Below are positions 63,257-64,000 of a stretch of 64,000 nt of DNA, piece after piece. Source of the stretch: Candidatus Enterousia sp. (GTDB lineage: Bacteria > Pseudomonadota > Alphaproteobacteria > Rs-D84); the NCBI GenBank assembly GCA_045613445.1, contig JAZLAZ010000020.1:10433-74432 (forward strand). Direction: 5' to 3'. The notes below the pieces were generated by a model that saw only the letters and a program-made list of their open reading frames with translations, had not been told where the DNA came from and searched no databases. Position 1 is the first letter of the stretch, and every line of letters begins with the position of its first letter. The position numbers and the translations under genes were made by a program.

Positions 63257-64000
63257 ATGTCAGAAACACAAAATGAAATAAAAATTCAGATTACACCAAC
63301 ACTTACCACACATTTGGTCGCTGTTCAAAAGCGCAGTGGGGAAACAGTTCCTTTTGATGTGAAAAAGATTTATGAAGCTATTAAAAAGGCTGTGGCTGTT
63401 ACAACAGAAATTTCTGATGTTGAAGTTGTAAAAGTAACACAGGATGTGTTAAAAAGACTGGATGCAAAATTTGCAGAAAAAACACCAAATGTTGAAAATA
63501 TTCAAGAAATTGTTATTCAAACATTGATGGATTCACGCGCATACAAAACGGCTGAGGCATATATTATATATCGTCAGAAACGTACTGAAATTCGCGAATC
63601 GATGGTTGATGCTGTCGAAATCATCGATGGTTATGTCGGTGGTTCAAATTGGCGTATCAAAGAAAATGCGAATATCGGTTATTCAATTGGTGGGCTGATT
63701 TTGCGCACCAGTGAACGTGTCACAGCAGAATATTGGTTAAATCTGTATCCGCGTGCTGCAGCCGAGGCACACAAAACAGCCGCAATTCATATTCATGATT
63801 TGGGGTGGTTGACAGGTTACTGTGCCGGTTGGTCGTTGCGTGAATTGTTGTACGAAGGTTTCAATGGGGTGCCTGGATATTTGCAATGTGAGCCTGCGAA
63901 ACATATGGCTACTGCGATTTCGCATATGGTAAATTTCTTGGGGACATTGCAGAATGAATTTGCAGGTGCACAGGCGTTTTCTTCTGTCGATACATATTTA
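63257..64000 (+). CDS. nrdD: Anaerobic ribonucleoside-triphosphate reductase, 5' fragment (runs off the window)
   Basis: Not in the ORF track because it has no stop. My own translation from ATG 63257 gives the ATP-cone 'VQKRSGETVPFDVKKIYEAIKKA', then 'AAIHIHDLGWLTGYCAGWSLRELL...PAKHMATAISHMVNFLGTLQNEFAGAQAFSSVDTYL', which is typical of NrdD. Confidence 0.85.
   Translation, partial: MSETQNEIKIQITPTLTTHLVAVQKRSGETVPFDVKKIYEAIKKAVAVTTEISDVEVVKVTQDVLKRLDAKFAEKTPNVENIQEIVIQTLMDSRAYKTAEAYIIYRQKRTEIRESMVDAVEIIDGYVGGSNWRIKENANIGYSIGGLILRTSERVTAEYWLNLYPRAAAEAHKTAAIHIHDLGWLTGYCAGWSLRELLYEGFNGVPGYLQCEPAKHMATAISHMVNFLGTLQNEFAGAQAFSSVDTYL

Overview
AT-rich (by eye, not computed) bacterial chromosomal window. 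Housekeeping genes: rpoA-rplQ, rpsB-tsf, rnhB-pgk, ssb, eno, nrdR, grpE, tpiA, infA and a 5' fragment of nrdD. A CcrM-type orphan methyltransferase, a tpiA/ppiD-like divergent pair and an orphan virB11 suggest an alphaproteobacterium-like lineage. nrdD and an exported choloylglycine hydrolase suggest an anaerobic, gut or host-associated lifestyle. Both are inferences. About half of the window encodes predicted surface proteins. (1) Nine paralogous or related large secreted cysteine-rich proteins (about 17.5 kb, 27% of the window) lie in five loci. They share an N-terminal CxxxYxxCMDxFC knot, a repeated Cx6Cx4-6CGx[DN][FYW]xxC module, Gly/Ala glycine-zipper segments and CxxC tails. One locus is a four-gene operon ending in an OmpA-like peptidoglycan anchor. 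I do not recognise this family, and it is my best candidate for an undescribed envelope system. (2) There are four autotransporters (about 14 kb): a 1719-aa giant, a Chlamydia-Pmp-like GGAI/FxxN protein, an active subtilase, and an ankyrin-headed subtilase paralog that has lost its catalytic residues. An accessory stretch lies between pgk and ssb. It holds an AT-rich gene flanked by an 87-bp duplication of the pgk 3' end, and a tRNA-Gln followed by a 20-bp copy of its own 3' end. After that come two gene cassettes that each carry the same promoter/operator module and the same 3' hairpin module. Other features are tandem NrdR boxes upstream of nrdD, a promoter-plus-terminator-bounded candidate sRNA or leader upstream of the Pmp-like gene, and a recurrent AAAAATCCCC-loop-GGGGATTTTT bidirectional terminator.
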